The notes under the pieces: model-generated
Database searches by the model: none
Seen by the model: the letters and a program-made list of their open reading frames with translations, nothing else
Told to the model about the DNA's origin: nothing
Position numbers and translations under genes: made by a program
From: Bacteroidota bacterium
Lineage (GTDB): Bacteria > Bacteroidota > Bacteroidia > Sphingobacteriales > Sphingobacteriaceae
DNA: 64,000 nucleotides
Assembly (NCBI GenBank): GCA_040388395.1
Contig: JAZKBY010000014.1
Coordinates: 143,800-207,799 of the forward strand
Direction: 5' to 3'
Part shown: positions 29,524-39,295 of the stretch, piece after piece
Layout: the number at the start of each line of letters is the position of its first letter
How positions within the stretch are numbered: the first letter of the stretch is position 1

Positions 29524-30288
29524 CTATTTCAAAATCTTCGCTATAGCCTTACCCCAAAACTCACCAAGTGCAACTGCTCCTTTGGCATTGGGGTGCAGGT
29601 AAAAAATGCCTTGCTTGCCATTTTCGGCCTGAAAATCTGTGAGATAGTTTTTCTTAAAATATTTAAACGCTTTGGTATCGCCAACATATACTTGTTTAGG
29701 GTTTGTGGCTTTATAGTTTTCCGCCAATTCATCAATTACCGGGATATAAGTTTGCAGGCGATCCAGTCCCTCCTGTAAATACATTGAACCATTATAAGTG
29801 TTCGGACTGTACCAAACTGGGTGTTGAATAACTACGATACAGCTCTGGAAATCTTTTAATAACTGATCTATTATATTTTTCAGATTGGTGCGGTAATCCT
29901 CCGCGGCCACGGGTGCGCCGTGCGGGCCTTTCATGGCGCTATCGTTGGTGCCTATTTTGATAGAAAATACCAATTGCGCCTGTTGGTTAGTAAAGGCTTT
30001 GACCGCCGCCTCGGCGGTTATAAAAGCTTTGGTGCCGGGTAGCCAATCTAATGTGGTGAAACCGCTATGGCCCTGGTTTGAGATCTCGACCGAGCCGATG
30101 TTTGATTGCCCTCTTAAATAGTTAGCACAAATCACCGGCGGGGCCTGGGTGTTCCTGTCAGGCAGTCCTGCGCCATAGGTTATACTGTTACCTACGAAAA
30201 CAATATTTAGATCGCGCTTTTGGGCAAAAGCGATTATCGTACTAAACAACAAGGCGAAAGTCAATAAGTACGCTTTCTTAAAATTCAT
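29524..30288 (-). CDS. Secreted SGNH/GDSL hydrolase
   Basis: GNSITYG, N.G.SG, IGTND and HPN.KG blocks. Confidence 0.88.
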   Translation of the reverse strand: MNFKKAYLLTFALLFSTIIAFAQKRDLNIVFVGNSITYGAGLPDRNTQAPPVICANYLRGQSNIGSVEISNQGHSGFTTLDWLPGTKAFITAEAAVKAFTNQQAQLVFSIKIGTNDSAMKGPHGAPVAAEDYRTNLKNIIDQLLKDFQSCIVVIQHPVWYSPNTYNGSMYLQEGLDRLQTYIPVIDELAENYKATNPKQVYVGDTKAFKYFKKNYLTDFQAENGKQGIFYLHPNAKGAVALGEFWGKAIAKILK

Positions 30289-30323
30289 GATGCTGGCAAA
30301 ATTGGTTACGCAATTATAAGCAT

Positions 30324-30352
30324 AAAAAAAGCCCCGATAAAATCAGGGCTTT
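30324..30352 (-). terminator. Terminator downstream of pdhB
   Basis: aaaaaaagcccc-gataaaatc-agggcttt. Confidence 0.55.
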
Positions 30353-30360
30353 TGTATGAC

Positions 30361-30385
30361 GTAGAGACGCAATATTTTGCGTCTC
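30361..30385. repeat. GTAG-type REP palindrome, intergenic copy
   Basis: gtagagacgcaa-tatt-ttgcgtctc, 9 nt beyond the pdhB stop. Confidence 0.75.
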
Positions 30386-30393
30386 AGTATGTG

Positions 30394-31377
30394 CTATTTT
30401 GTAACGTACATTACTTCCTTAACTGCTTTAACAACTTTATCAGCGTTTGGCAGGTATTCCTGTATCAATGTTGGGGCATAAGGTAACGGAACGTCACCAC
30501 CCATAATGCGCAGGATAGGAGCATCTAAATAATCAAACGCGTCTTTTTGTACTTTAAAGGCAATCTCGGTAGCTATTGATCCTAACGGCCAGCTTTCTTC
30601 AACCAATACCAAACGATTAGTTTTTTTAACTGAATTGATAACGGTTTCGTAATCAATAGGGCGAACGGTGCGTAAGTCGATAACTTCGGCGCTGATGCCT
30701 TCTTTTTCCAATTCGGCCGCAGCAGCATTAACCACTTTCATGATCTTGCCGAAGCCAACTAAAGTAACATCTGTACCTTCTTTAGTTACGGCAGCTTTAC
30801 CAATTGGGATATAATACGTTTCTTCCGGAACCATTCCTTTATCGCCATACATCAACTCCGATTCCATGAAAATACAAGGATCGGGATCAATGATACATGA
30901 TTTTAATAAACCTTTAGCATCCGCAGGGTTTGATGGTACAACCACCTTTAAGCCCGGGCAATTTGCATACCAGTTTTCAAAACACTGGCTGTGTTGCGAG
31001 CTTAGCATACCCGCGTTACCGGTTGGTCCGCGGAATACAATTGGCACAGAGAACTGGCCGCCGCTCATTGACATGATCTTGGCAGCGCCGTTTATCACCT
31101 GGTCTATAGCTACCAACGAGAAGTTAAAGGTCATGAACTCTATGATTGGTTTTAAACCATTCATGGCCGAGCCAATGCCTATACCGGCAAAGCCTAATTC
31201 AGAGATTGGGGTATCAATAACCCGTTTAGCGCCAAACTCGTCTAACATACCCTGGCTAACTTTGTAGGCACCGTTATATTCGGCAACCTCTTCGCCCATC
31301 AGGTATATGCTGTCGTCATTGCGCATTTCTTCCTGCATTGCTTCGCGAAGCGCTTCTCTGAACTGTATTTCTCTCAT
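30394..31377 (-). CDS. pdhB: Pyruvate dehydrogenase E1 beta subunit
   Basis: MREIQFREA, GEEVAEYNGAYKVS, DTPISE, EFMTFNF, QHSQ and IDLRT.RP motifs. Confidence 0.95.
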   Translation of the reverse strand: MREIQFREALREAMQEEMRNDDSIYLMGEEVAEYNGAYKVSQGMLDEFGAKRVIDTPISELGFAGIGIGSAMNGLKPIIEFMTFNFSLVAIDQVINGAAKIMSMSGGQFSVPIVFRGPTGNAGMLSSQHSQCFENWYANCPGLKVVVPSNPADAKGLLKSCIIDPDPCIFMESELMYGDKGMVPEETYYIPIGKAAVTKEGTDVTLVGFGKIMKVVNAAAAELEKEGISAEVIDLRTVRPIDYETVINSVKKTNRLVLVEESWPLGSIATEIAFKVQKDAFDYLDAPILRIMGGDVPLPYAPTLIQEYLPNADKVVKAVKEVMYVTK

Positions 31378-31407
31378 CTTACTAATTAAATGATGTTTTT
31401 TGGAACG

Positions 31408-31415
31408 CAAATATA
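31408..31415 (-). promoter_or_regulatory. -7 promoter element for pdhB
   Basis: TATATTTG on the minus strand. Confidence 0.55.
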
Positions 31416-31516
31416 AGCACTAATGTGTGATTTGCAATTATGGCTGTAAGGAATGTTTTTGTTACAATTTAGCATAACAATAACAACATTCCCTTATATG
31501 ACAACGGATAATTTAT

Positions 31517-31524
31517 TATATTTG
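31517..31524 (+). promoter_or_regulatory. -7 promoter element for the redoxin gene
   Basis: TATATTTG 17 nt before the ATG at 31542. Confidence 0.6.
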
Positions 31525-31541
31525 CCCACCCAAATCTTATT

Positions 31542-32687
31542 ATGACCAGAAAAACATTTACCAATTCCATCTTAGCCTGTTGCTTATTATTTGCTTTTAC
31601 AGCTAAAGCTCAACAACAAATTCTTCAAAGTTCTATTGATAAGATAACTAATAGCCCCGGCATCAGTTATAAAGTTTCAGAAACAAACAATGACCCTTTT
31701 GGCGGAAGTGATCAGCACGCCGAAATTAAAGTAGCACTATATAACCGGCTGGGTGATAATAACTATGAAAGCTACCTGGTTGATCGTGATGCCAGTTATG
31801 GTAAATTTAAGTATGTGGGCAATAGTAAGCAGCAACTTGAGCTTTATTTGAAAGATAGCATATATGTTATGAAGCCCAGGGAGGCAAATAAGTCATATGC
31901 TGACCCGTTGAATTTTTTGGCAAACGACTTAAACAGGAAAATCAATGAGACGCGGTATACTACACAATCGCTTGCGGATACCATGATCAACAAAAGCGAT
32001 TGTTATCATTTGTTTGTTGAATGGGAAGATGGTTCGAAGAAATTGTATGACAAGATACATGTTTTTATAAAGAAAACAGACAATATGATCCTGGGTGTGA
32101 TATCAGACCAACAAGCAGAGATGTCCAAAGGAGGCCTATCGTTAGGTACTATCCGGATGACACGCAACGCTTCATTTTCGGACTATAAATTCAGTGCAAA
32201 AGCACCTGGGCCTAAAGACTTTTCTATTCCGCCGGGGTTGAGGGCCGAACAAAAAGCATTGCCTTTATTGGGCAAAGGCACAACCGCCCCGGGTTGGGAA
32301 CTGACATCAACAGACGGCAAGAAACTCTCGCTGGCAGATTTAAAAGGCAAGGTAGTGTTTGTTGAATTTTTTTCAAATGGATGTCCTGCTGCAGCACTTG
32401 CTGTTCCTTCTATGAAAAAGCTTAATGCAAAGTATGAGGGAACTGATGTGGTTGTTTTAACTATTAACACCAGGGACAGCAAAGATGAGGTATTAGAATT
32501 TATGAATAAAAAGGATATTAAGGCGCCTGTATATTTAGAGGGCAAATCGGTTGCAAAAGCCTACAACGTTCAGGGCGATCCCAACTTTTATCTTATCAAT
32601 AAACAAGGCGAAGTCCATTGGGCGTCAGAGGGGTATTTTGAAGACTTTGATAACAAGGTAACAGCCAATATCGAAGCAATTAGATAG
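31542..32687 (+). CDS. TlpA/AhpC-TSA redoxin-domain protein with a large N-terminal domain
   Basis: Signal peptide; APGWEL...DGK..SL..LKGKVV..EF and P..YLI.K.G motifs; active site CPAA. Confidence 0.85.
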   Translation: MTRKTFTNSILACCLLFAFTAKAQQQILQSSIDKITNSPGISYKVSETNNDPFGGSDQHAEIKVALYNRLGDNNYESYLVDRDASYGKFKYVGNSKQQLELYLKDSIYVMKPREANKSYADPLNFLANDLNRKINETRYTTQSLADTMINKSDCYHLFVEWEDGSKKLYDKIHVFIKKTDNMILGVISDQQAEMSKGGLSLGTIRMTRNASFSDYKFSAKAPGPKDFSIPPGLRAEQKALPLLGKGTTAPGWELTSTDGKKLSLADLKGKVVFVEFFSNGCPAAALAVPSMKKLNAKYEGTDVVVLTINTRDSKDEVLEFMNKKDIKAPVYLEGKSVAKAYNVQGDPNFYLINKQGEVHWASEGYFEDFDNKVTANIEAIR

Positions 32688-32733
32688 TAAACAAAAAAGC
32701 GAGCTTAAGCTCGCTTTTTTGTTTACTATCTAA
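32680..32733. terminator. 54-bp perfect palindrome acting as a bidirectional terminator
   Basis: ttagatagtaaacaaaaaagcgagctt|aagctcgcttttttgtttactatctaa between convergent genes. Confidence 0.75.
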
Positions 32734-32741
32734 AAGAAATA

Positions 32742-34376
32742 CTACTTCCGCTCTCCCTTTAACTTAGCCGCCAATTGTACCGCTTTATAAGCATTTACAA
32801 TACCGCCGGTTTTACTTAGCGTAGTAAAATCAACCTTATCTGTTTTGCTGCCGGGTTTTAAAACCATGGTGCCGGTTAACGGCGTGGCCGATTCAAGGAT
32901 AATTTGTTTTAGTTGTTTAGCACTTAGTGTCGGGTAGTACTCTAATACTAATGCAGCTATACCAGCGGTAATTGGCGATGCAAAACTGGTGCCGTCGGCA
33001 GTGTTAAATTCGGCATCGGTGTCTATCGATGTTACCTTTGCGCCAGGTGCAAAAACGTCGACATTCTTTTTGCCGTAGTTACTAAACGTAGCGGCCAGCG
33101 TCTCATCAACCTTAGCGCCTGATGCGCCTACAGATATTACATTATCAGCATCCGTGCCTGATCCATCTGCAAAAGTATCATTCGGGAACTCCGGTTTTTC
33201 GTCCATATCCTGGTTATCATTGCCCGATGCCTGTACCAACAGCACATCATGCGCTGCAGCATATTTAAACGCGGCGTCAACCCAGTCTTTATGCGGCGAG
33301 ATCTTTTTACCAAAGCTCATGTTGATGATCCTGGCACCGTTATCAACCGCGTAGCGAATCGCGTTAGCGATATCCTTATCATATTCGTCGCCATTAGGTA
33401 CGCCTTTAATGCTCATGATGCGCACATTATCTGCAACGCCATCAATGCCGTAACCGTTACCGCGCACAGCGCCAATTAAGCCTGCAACACCCGTACCGTG
33501 TGACGCATCAGGTGCTTTGATGACGTTATTGCCATAAGGCTTGCCGTCCTGTACATCAGGGTTATCGCCAACAATGTTTTTGCGCGCGTTTAGGTCGGGG
33601 TTGATATCGTTGTTTAGCTTGGCTAAATAATCGCTCAGCTCTTTTATCACTTTGCTGTTGTCGCCGTCTACCTGCTCAAACATCTGCGTCCAAACGCCTT
33701 TGCTTTGGTTAATGGTATCATTGGTAGTAGTCGGGATCTTATCAAGGTCCTTTTTAGTAAACGTGGCAGACGGAGTTAACTTCAGTTCTCTTTTAATGTA
33801 GCCACTGGTAACCATCAATGCGTTCATCATCGGCGATAACTGCTGCGATTCGGTGCTTGATTTTGCTACGGTTTCATCGTGCTGTGTTTTTACCTTTATC
33901 CAATAAGCATATTCTTTTTCGCTGCCTTCGGGTGCGGTTGTAGTAGCGGCATATTTAGGTTTAAGGCGATTATATTCTCTAACCTCTTCGGTAGTTTCGG
34001 TGTAATCAACCTTGCCACCGGGGCCGCCTAAAAAGTCCCAGCCGTGCACATCGTCAATTTTGCCATTGCCATCATCATCTTTACCATTATTAGGGATCTC
34101 TTTAGGGTTTACCCAAAGAATACTTTTCAGATCAGTTTGTGTAGTATCAATGCCGCTATCAATAGTAGCAACAACTACTGTTTTGCTTTTTTTACCTTTT
34201 AAAAAGTTGTAGGCATTGTTTAGGCTGATACCATAAAAGCCATCAGCTTTCAGATCCAGTTGGTGCCAGTTTTTTGGCGGGTCGGCAGCAGGTGCCATTT
34301 GCGCCGATACATTAAGGCTGAATACTAATGCCGCACATGTAGCGGAACCAAACAGGTATTTACTAAAATTAGTCAT
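32742..34376 (-). CDS. S8 (subtilisin-like) serine peptidase
   Basis: Catalytic triad motifs VATIDSG, HGTGVAG and GTSFASP; signal peptide. Confidence 0.93.
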   Translation of the reverse strand: MTNFSKYLFGSATCAALVFSLNVSAQMAPAADPPKNWHQLDLKADGFYGISLNNAYNFLKGKKSKTVVVATIDSGIDTTQTDLKSILWVNPKEIPNNGKDDDGNGKIDDVHGWDFLGGPGGKVDYTETTEEVREYNRLKPKYAATTTAPEGSEKEYAYWIKVKTQHDETVAKSSTESQQLSPMMNALMVTSGYIKRELKLTPSATFTKKDLDKIPTTTNDTINQSKGVWTQMFEQVDGDNSKVIKELSDYLAKLNNDINPDLNARKNIVGDNPDVQDGKPYGNNVIKAPDASHGTGVAGLIGAVRGNGYGIDGVADNVRIMSIKGVPNGDEYDKDIANAIRYAVDNGARIINMSFGKKISPHKDWVDAAFKYAAAHDVLLVQASGNDNQDMDEKPEFPNDTFADGSGTDADNVISVGASGAKVDETLAATFSNYGKKNVDVFAPGAKVTSIDTDAEFNTADGTSFASPITAGIAALVLEYYPTLSAKQLKQIILESATPLTGTMVLKPGSKTDKVDFTTLSKTGGIVNAYKAVQLAAKLKGERK

Positions 34377-34399
34377 GTATATAAATTTTGTGTAATATA

Positions 34400-35941
34400 T
34401 TATAAATCGAATTTAATTCCTTGTGCCAAAGGTAATTTTGTTGAATAATTAATGGTATTTGTTTGCCTGCGCATATAAACCTTCCACGCGTCCGATCCCG
34501 ACTCGCGGCCACCACCTGTTTCCTTTTCGCCGCCAAATGCGCCGCCAATTTCAGCACCCGACGTGCCAATGTTAACGTTTGCAATACCGCAGTCTGATCC
34601 GGCGCTGGATAAGAACGTCTCTGCCTCGCGTAAATTGCCCGTCATGATAGCCGACGATAAACCTTGCGGAACATCATTCTGCAACACTATGGCTTGGTCT
34701 AATGTTTTATATTTTATCAGATAAAGTAAGGGCGCAAAGGTTTCGTGCTGTACAATGCTGTAATGGTTCTCTACTTCGGCAACAGACGGCTTTACGTAAC
34801 ATTCCGAGCTATAAGCCTCGCCTTCCAGCTTACCGCCTTCTACAACAAAATTGCCGCCCTCGGCTTTGCATTTGACTATGCTATCTAAATATAAGTTAAC
34901 CGCATCCTTATCTATCAGCGGACCCATATGGTTGTTTTCATCCAGTGGATTGCCAATTTTTATCTGCCCGTATGCTTTTACCAATTTAGCCTTAAAAGCA
35001 TCATAAACACTTTCGTGGATAATTAACCTGCGCGTACTCGTGCAACGCTGACCGGCGGTACCAACTGCACCGAACACAGCGCCTATTAGCGCCATATCTA
35101 AATCGGCGTTTTCTGTTATGATAATGGCGTTGTTGCCACCCAGTTCTAACAAACTGCGGCCCAGCCTGGCGCCAACTGCAGCACCTACAGCCTTACCCAT
35201 GCGGGTTGAGCCGGTGGCTGATATTAATGGCAGGCGTTTGTCGTTAGCCATCAGCTCACCAATGTTTCTATCGCCAATAATCAGGCACGATACGCCTTCG
35301 TCAATATTATGCTTCTTAAATATTGCTTGCGCGATGTGCTGGCAGGCAATAGCCGTTAATGGTGTTTTCTCTGATGGTTTCCAAATGCAAACATCACCAC
35401 AAACCCAGGCCAGCATAGCGTTCCAGCTCCAAACCGCTACCGGGAAGTTGAACGCCGATATAATGCCAACTATCCCCAGCGGGTGATATTGTTCATACAT
35501 GCGGTGATCGGGGCGTTCGCTATGCATGGTTAGGCCATAAAGCTGGCGGCTAAGGCCAACGGCAAAGTCGGCAATGTCAATCATCTCCTGTACTTCGCCA
35601 AGGCCCTCTTGCAGGCTTTTACCCATTTCGTAAGAGACCAGTTTACCCAGGTGTGCTTTGTTTTCGCGCAAGGCTTCGCCTATCTGGCGTACAATTTCGC
35701 CCCGCTTGGGTGCGGGTAAGGTGCGCCAGTTGATAAATGCTTTGCCGGCCTGATCTACAACGATATTATATTCGTTTGCCGTCGCCATTTTAACCGAAGC
35801 GATCTTCTGCCCGTCAACCGGCGATATGATATCTTTAATAACATTATCGGCTCCGCCGGCCCAGGTGCTACCGGTGCTGTAAGCAGAATTTATGTTATCT
35901 ATATGTAAATGTTTTAGGGTATCAGTTATATCAACGCGCAT
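34400..35941 (-). CDS. Aldehyde dehydrogenase, ALDH7/piperideine-6-carboxylate dehydrogenase-like
   Basis: SAFNFP, WKPSEKTP, ATGS, LELGGNN, GQRCT, ETFAP and FGGEKETGGGRESGS motifs; likely start MRVDI. Confidence 0.92.
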   Translation of the reverse strand: MRVDITDTLKHLHIDNINSAYSTGSTWAGGADNVIKDIISPVDGQKIASVKMATANEYNIVVDQAGKAFINWRTLPAPKRGEIVRQIGEALRENKAHLGKLVSYEMGKSLQEGLGEVQEMIDIADFAVGLSRQLYGLTMHSERPDHRMYEQYHPLGIVGIISAFNFPVAVWSWNAMLAWVCGDVCIWKPSEKTPLTAIACQHIAQAIFKKHNIDEGVSCLIIGDRNIGELMANDKRLPLISATGSTRMGKAVGAAVGARLGRSLLELGGNNAIIITENADLDMALIGAVFGAVGTAGQRCTSTRRLIIHESVYDAFKAKLVKAYGQIKIGNPLDENNHMGPLIDKDAVNLYLDSIVKCKAEGGNFVVEGGKLEGEAYSSECYVKPSVAEVENHYSIVQHETFAPLLYLIKYKTLDQAIVLQNDVPQGLSSAIMTGNLREAETFLSSAGSDCGIANVNIGTSGAEIGGAFGGEKETGGGRESGSDAWKVYMRRQTNTINYSTKLPLAQGIKFDL

Positions 35942-36183
35942 AATCCGTACTTTTGTAATATCAAAGGTAAAAATCTTTAAGGCAATAATTGCCAACTCAT
36001 CCCACTGCTCCTCAAATGCTTTGTGTTAGTAATCAATACTTTGCAAATAGCGATGTTAAAAATGTGTGTATGTTGAAAACTTAATTGCTTTTTAGAATCT
36101 TTTACTGGTAATTTAAACACAGCTAAAGTTTTGCAGTCTAACAAAAAACAGATTGTTAAACCAATGTTCTTAGACACTAATTA

Positions 36184-37587
36184 ATGGAAGAAGAATTTGA
36201 ATTTGGTTTTACCGAAGATCCAAAATTTTCGGTAGAGCGGTACGAGGAAATGATCAGGAATCATGACCAGTACTTTTTTGATGCCCAGGCGTTTGAGAAC
36301 ATTATCGATTATTATATCGAAAAGAACGACCCCGCTAAGGCCCTGCAGGTAGCCGAGTATGCTATTAATCAACATCCCTTTGCCGCAGTATTTTTAATAA
36401 AACAAGCCCAGTTACTGGCTATAACCAACCATACCGGTGCCGCGTTTGCGGCGTTGGATAAGGCGGCTATGCTCGAAGCTTCGGACGCGGATATTTATAT
36501 CATCCGTGGTAATATGTATGAGAGCATGGAGCGTTATGCCGAGGCCCTGGAGAATTATGAAAAAGCGCTTGACCTTGCCGAAGAAACCGACGAGATACTA
36601 TTACATATAGCCTACGTTTACCAAAACATGGGCGATTACGAAACGTCCATCACTTACCTTAAGCTTTGCTTAAAGCAAAATATGGAAAACCAGGATGCCC
36701 TTTACGAACTGGCTTTTTGCTATGACGTTTTAGACAATCAGGAAGAAAGCGTACAGTTCTATCAGCAATACATCGATACCGAGCCATACAGCTATGCGGC
36801 ATGGTATAACCTGGGTAATGCATTTACCAAGCTAAGCTTGTTTGAAAAAGCGATTGACGCTTACGATTATGCTATCCTGATAAAAGACAGCTTTGCATCT
36901 GCCTACTTTAACAAAGGTAACGCCCTGGTTAACCTGGAGAAATATGCCGAGGCTATCGAAGTGTATCGCCATACTTTCGAGTATGAGCAGCCTAACGCTG
37001 ACACTTATTGCGCCATTGGCGAATGCTACGAGAAATTGGAGCAGATGGACGATGCACGTGCATTCTATAAAAAATCTGTTAAAATGGACCCTAAACTGGC
37101 CGACGCGTGGTTTGGAATAGGTGTTACACTTGATTTTGAAGAGCGCTATTTTGAAGCATTACATTTCTATAAAAAAGCCTTAGATATCGACCTTACCAAT
37201 GCGGATTATTGGTTTGCTATTGCTGATGCCGAGTATAAACTGGGCCATATGAAGGAAGCCGAAGACGCTTACGAGAAGGTAGTTGAGCTTAACCCGATGG
37301 ATATTGATGCCTGGTTAGATTACTCGTCTATTTTATATGAAGACAAAAGGCTGGAAGGCGCCATAGAGATCATGTCGCAGGGCATAAAAAACAACCCCGA
37401 GGCTGCCGAGCTTTACTACCGTATGGTAGCTTACCTGTTTGCCAAAGGCGAATATAATGAAGCATTGAATCAACTGGAGCTGGCCCTTGCCGCCGACCCG
37501 GAAAAACACTATATCCTGTTTGATTATTTACCACAACTGCAGGAAAATAAAGTGATACTCGATATTATTAACCGCTACTCTAAGTAG
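36184..37587 (+). CDS. Tetratricopeptide repeat protein
   Basis: Multiple TPRs (AWYNLG, AYFNKG.AL, AWFGIG). Confidence 0.9.
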   Translation: MEEEFEFGFTEDPKFSVERYEEMIRNHDQYFFDAQAFENIIDYYIEKNDPAKALQVAEYAINQHPFAAVFLIKQAQLLAITNHTGAAFAALDKAAMLEASDADIYIIRGNMYESMERYAEALENYEKALDLAEETDEILLHIAYVYQNMGDYETSITYLKLCLKQNMENQDALYELAFCYDVLDNQEESVQFYQQYIDTEPYSYAAWYNLGNAFTKLSLFEKAIDAYDYAILIKDSFASAYFNKGNALVNLEKYAEAIEVYRHTFEYEQPNADTYCAIGECYEKLEQMDDARAFYKKSVKMDPKLADAWFGIGVTLDFEERYFEALHFYKKALDIDLTNADYWFAIADAEYKLGHMKEAEDAYEKVVELNPMDIDAWLDYSSILYEDKRLEGAIEIMSQGIKNNPEAAELYYRMVAYLFAKGEYNEALNQLELALAADPEKHYILFDYLPQLQENKVILDIINRYSK

Positions 37588-37626
37588 TTGAATTACAATT
37601 TGGAGTGAATTAGGTATATTTGAAAG

Positions 37627-37944
37627 GTGGAGAACGTAAAAATATATGATACCATACGAAAGACGGTGCAGTCTAATCTGCCCGACTCTCGTATAGTGCT
37701 TTTTGGTTCTCGTGCAAGGGGTGATAATGATAGACTAAGCGATTACGATCTGTTGATAATTACACCATCGAAATTTACTCAGCAAGAAAAAATACATTGG
37801 AGCACCCGGCTTGATCGTGAAATTATAAAAGCGATAAAAGCGCCTGTTGATGTGTTACTTAGCAGCGAAGAAGAAGTAAGCTGGCAAAAGGTATTACCCG
37901 GGCACATTATTCGTACCGCACTAAGAGAAGGTATTGCCCTATGA
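37627..37944 (+). CDS. Minimal nucleotidyltransferase (MNT), putative antitoxin
   Basis: IVLFGSRARGD...SDYDLL (GSx10DxD); GTG start. Confidence 0.88.
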   Translation: MENVKIYDTIRKTVQSNLPDSRIVLFGSRARGDNDRLSDYDLLIITPSKFTQQEKIHWSTRLDREIIKAIKAPVDVLLSSEEEVSWQKVLPGHIIRTALREGIAL

Positions 37945-38333
37945 TTCCCGAATTGCGTGCTTATATTAGTTCGTGGTTAACTAAAGCAGAGCATGATCTG
38001 ATAAGCGCACAGCGTTTGCTGGAAATAGAGCCAATGATTTTGGACAATGCCTGCTTTCATTGTCAGCAAGCTATAGAAAAATGTTTAAAAGCCTTTCTAA
38101 TTTATAAAGGTGTTGATATCGAAAGGACGCATAACATAATTTTTTTGCTGGATCAATGCGCAAATTTTGATCCTGTGTTCTCTACAATTGACTCATTAAA
38201 CATAAACGCTTATGCTGTACAGGGAAGATACCCTGATACAAATCTAATGCCCGAAATAGATGAAGCCCAGAGTTATTATCAATTGGCATTACAAATAAAA
38301 CAACTGGTAACAGATCGAATTAACTTATCGTGA
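37941..38333 (+). CDS. HEPN-domain protein, putative toxin
   Basis: A..DL..A, ACFHCQQAIEK.LKA.L, RTHN and RYP motifs; ATGA overlap with the MNT gene. Confidence 0.88.
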   Translation: MIPELRAYISSWLTKAEHDLISAQRLLEIEPMILDNACFHCQQAIEKCLKAFLIYKGVDIERTHNIIFLLDQCANFDPVFSTIDSLNINAYAVQGRYPDTNLMPEIDEAQSYYQLALQIKQLVTDRINLS

Positions 38334-38343
38334 CCTTATCGTT

Positions 38344-38378
38344 AAAAAAGCTAAAACGTTTCCCGTTTTAGCTTTTTT
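38344..38378 (+). terminator. Terminator after MNT-HEPN
   Basis: aaaaaagctaaaacg-tttcc-cgttttagcttttttt. Confidence 0.75.
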
Positions 38379-38418
38379 TTTAGACTTTTACAGCCAAATA
38401 CAACCCACAATAGGTATT

Positions 38419-39180
38419 ATGAATTATACGATCAATAATCTTCCGGAGCGCACGCTTAAACCACGAGACAGCGGGATCACAATGGTAATGGATAAGGGAC
38501 TGAGCTTAAGACAAGTGGAAGATTTTTTGGAAGTATCAGGCACTTATACAGATATTGTAAAGCTTGGCTGGGCCACATCATATGTTACCCCTCATCTTGA
38601 TAAAAAAATTGCCATGTATCAGGAAGCCGGAATCCCGGTTTATTTTGGCGGGACCTTATTTGAGGCGATGATTGTGCGCGGACAGTTTGACGATTATTGC
38701 CGCATTTTAGATAAATATAAACTTGAGCATGCAGAAGTGTCTGACGGCTCGATAACTATCGACCACGAAGAAAAATGCGAGTATATCCGTAAAATGGCTA
38801 AACTGGTTACCGTTATATCAGAAGTTGGGTCAAAAGACGTACAAAAGATCTTCGCGCCTTATAAATGGATCCAACTGATGAAGGCCGAAATTGAAGCCGG
38901 GTCATGGAAAGTTATTGCCGAAGCGCGTGAGAGCGGTAATGTAGGCATCTATCGTGATTCAGGAGAGGTTAGGCAGGGATTGGTTGACGAGATACTAACC
39001 CAGATACCCGAACAAAGCATTATCTGGGAAGCACCGCAAAAAGCGCAACAGGTTTGGTTTATCAAACTAATAGGTGCTAACGTAAGCCTTGGTAACATTG
39101 CCCCGGCAGATACTATTCCATTAGAGACTTTGAGGTTAGGGATCAGGAGCGATACGTTTGATCATTTCCTGGGATTATAA
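38419..39180 (+). CDS. comA: Phosphosulfolactate synthase (ComA) family
   Basis: KPR..G.TMVMDKG, D.VKLGW.T, GGTL.E, EVSDG, SEVGSK, EARESG and WEAP.K motifs. Confidence 0.9.
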   Translation: MNYTINNLPERTLKPRDSGITMVMDKGLSLRQVEDFLEVSGTYTDIVKLGWATSYVTPHLDKKIAMYQEAGIPVYFGGTLFEAMIVRGQFDDYCRILDKYKLEHAEVSDGSITIDHEEKCEYIRKMAKLVTVISEVGSKDVQKIFAPYKWIQLMKAEIEAGSWKVIAEARESGNVGIYRDSGEVRQGLVDEILTQIPEQSIIWEAPQKAQQVWFIKLIGANVSLGNIAPADTIPLETLRLGIRSDTFDHFLGL

Positions 39181-39197
39181 TTGCCGCGTATAAAAGT

Positions 39198-39288
39198 TGT
39201 TATCCCAAGCATAGCGAAGGATCTTATACGCCTTATAAGTTGGCTACTGTTCTCTTATAGAAGATTCTTCGCTATGCTCAGAATGACA
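39198..39288. repeat. REP-like inverted doublet (GTCAT...AGCGAAG.ATCT type)
   Basis: 28-nt arms tgttatcccaagcatagcgaaggatctt / aagattcttcgctatgctcagaatgaca (23/28 complementary) between convergent genes. Confidence 0.7.
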
Positions 39289-39295
39289 AAAGAGA

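Noticed and set aside
34369-34584. 71-aa minus-strand ORF overlapping the ALDH 3' end
   Set aside because: Alternate frame of the ALDH gene with no recognisable features.
38419-39180. ComA as evidence of coenzyme M biosynthesis
   Set aside because: No other com genes are present; stand-alone ComA homologs are common in this phylum.
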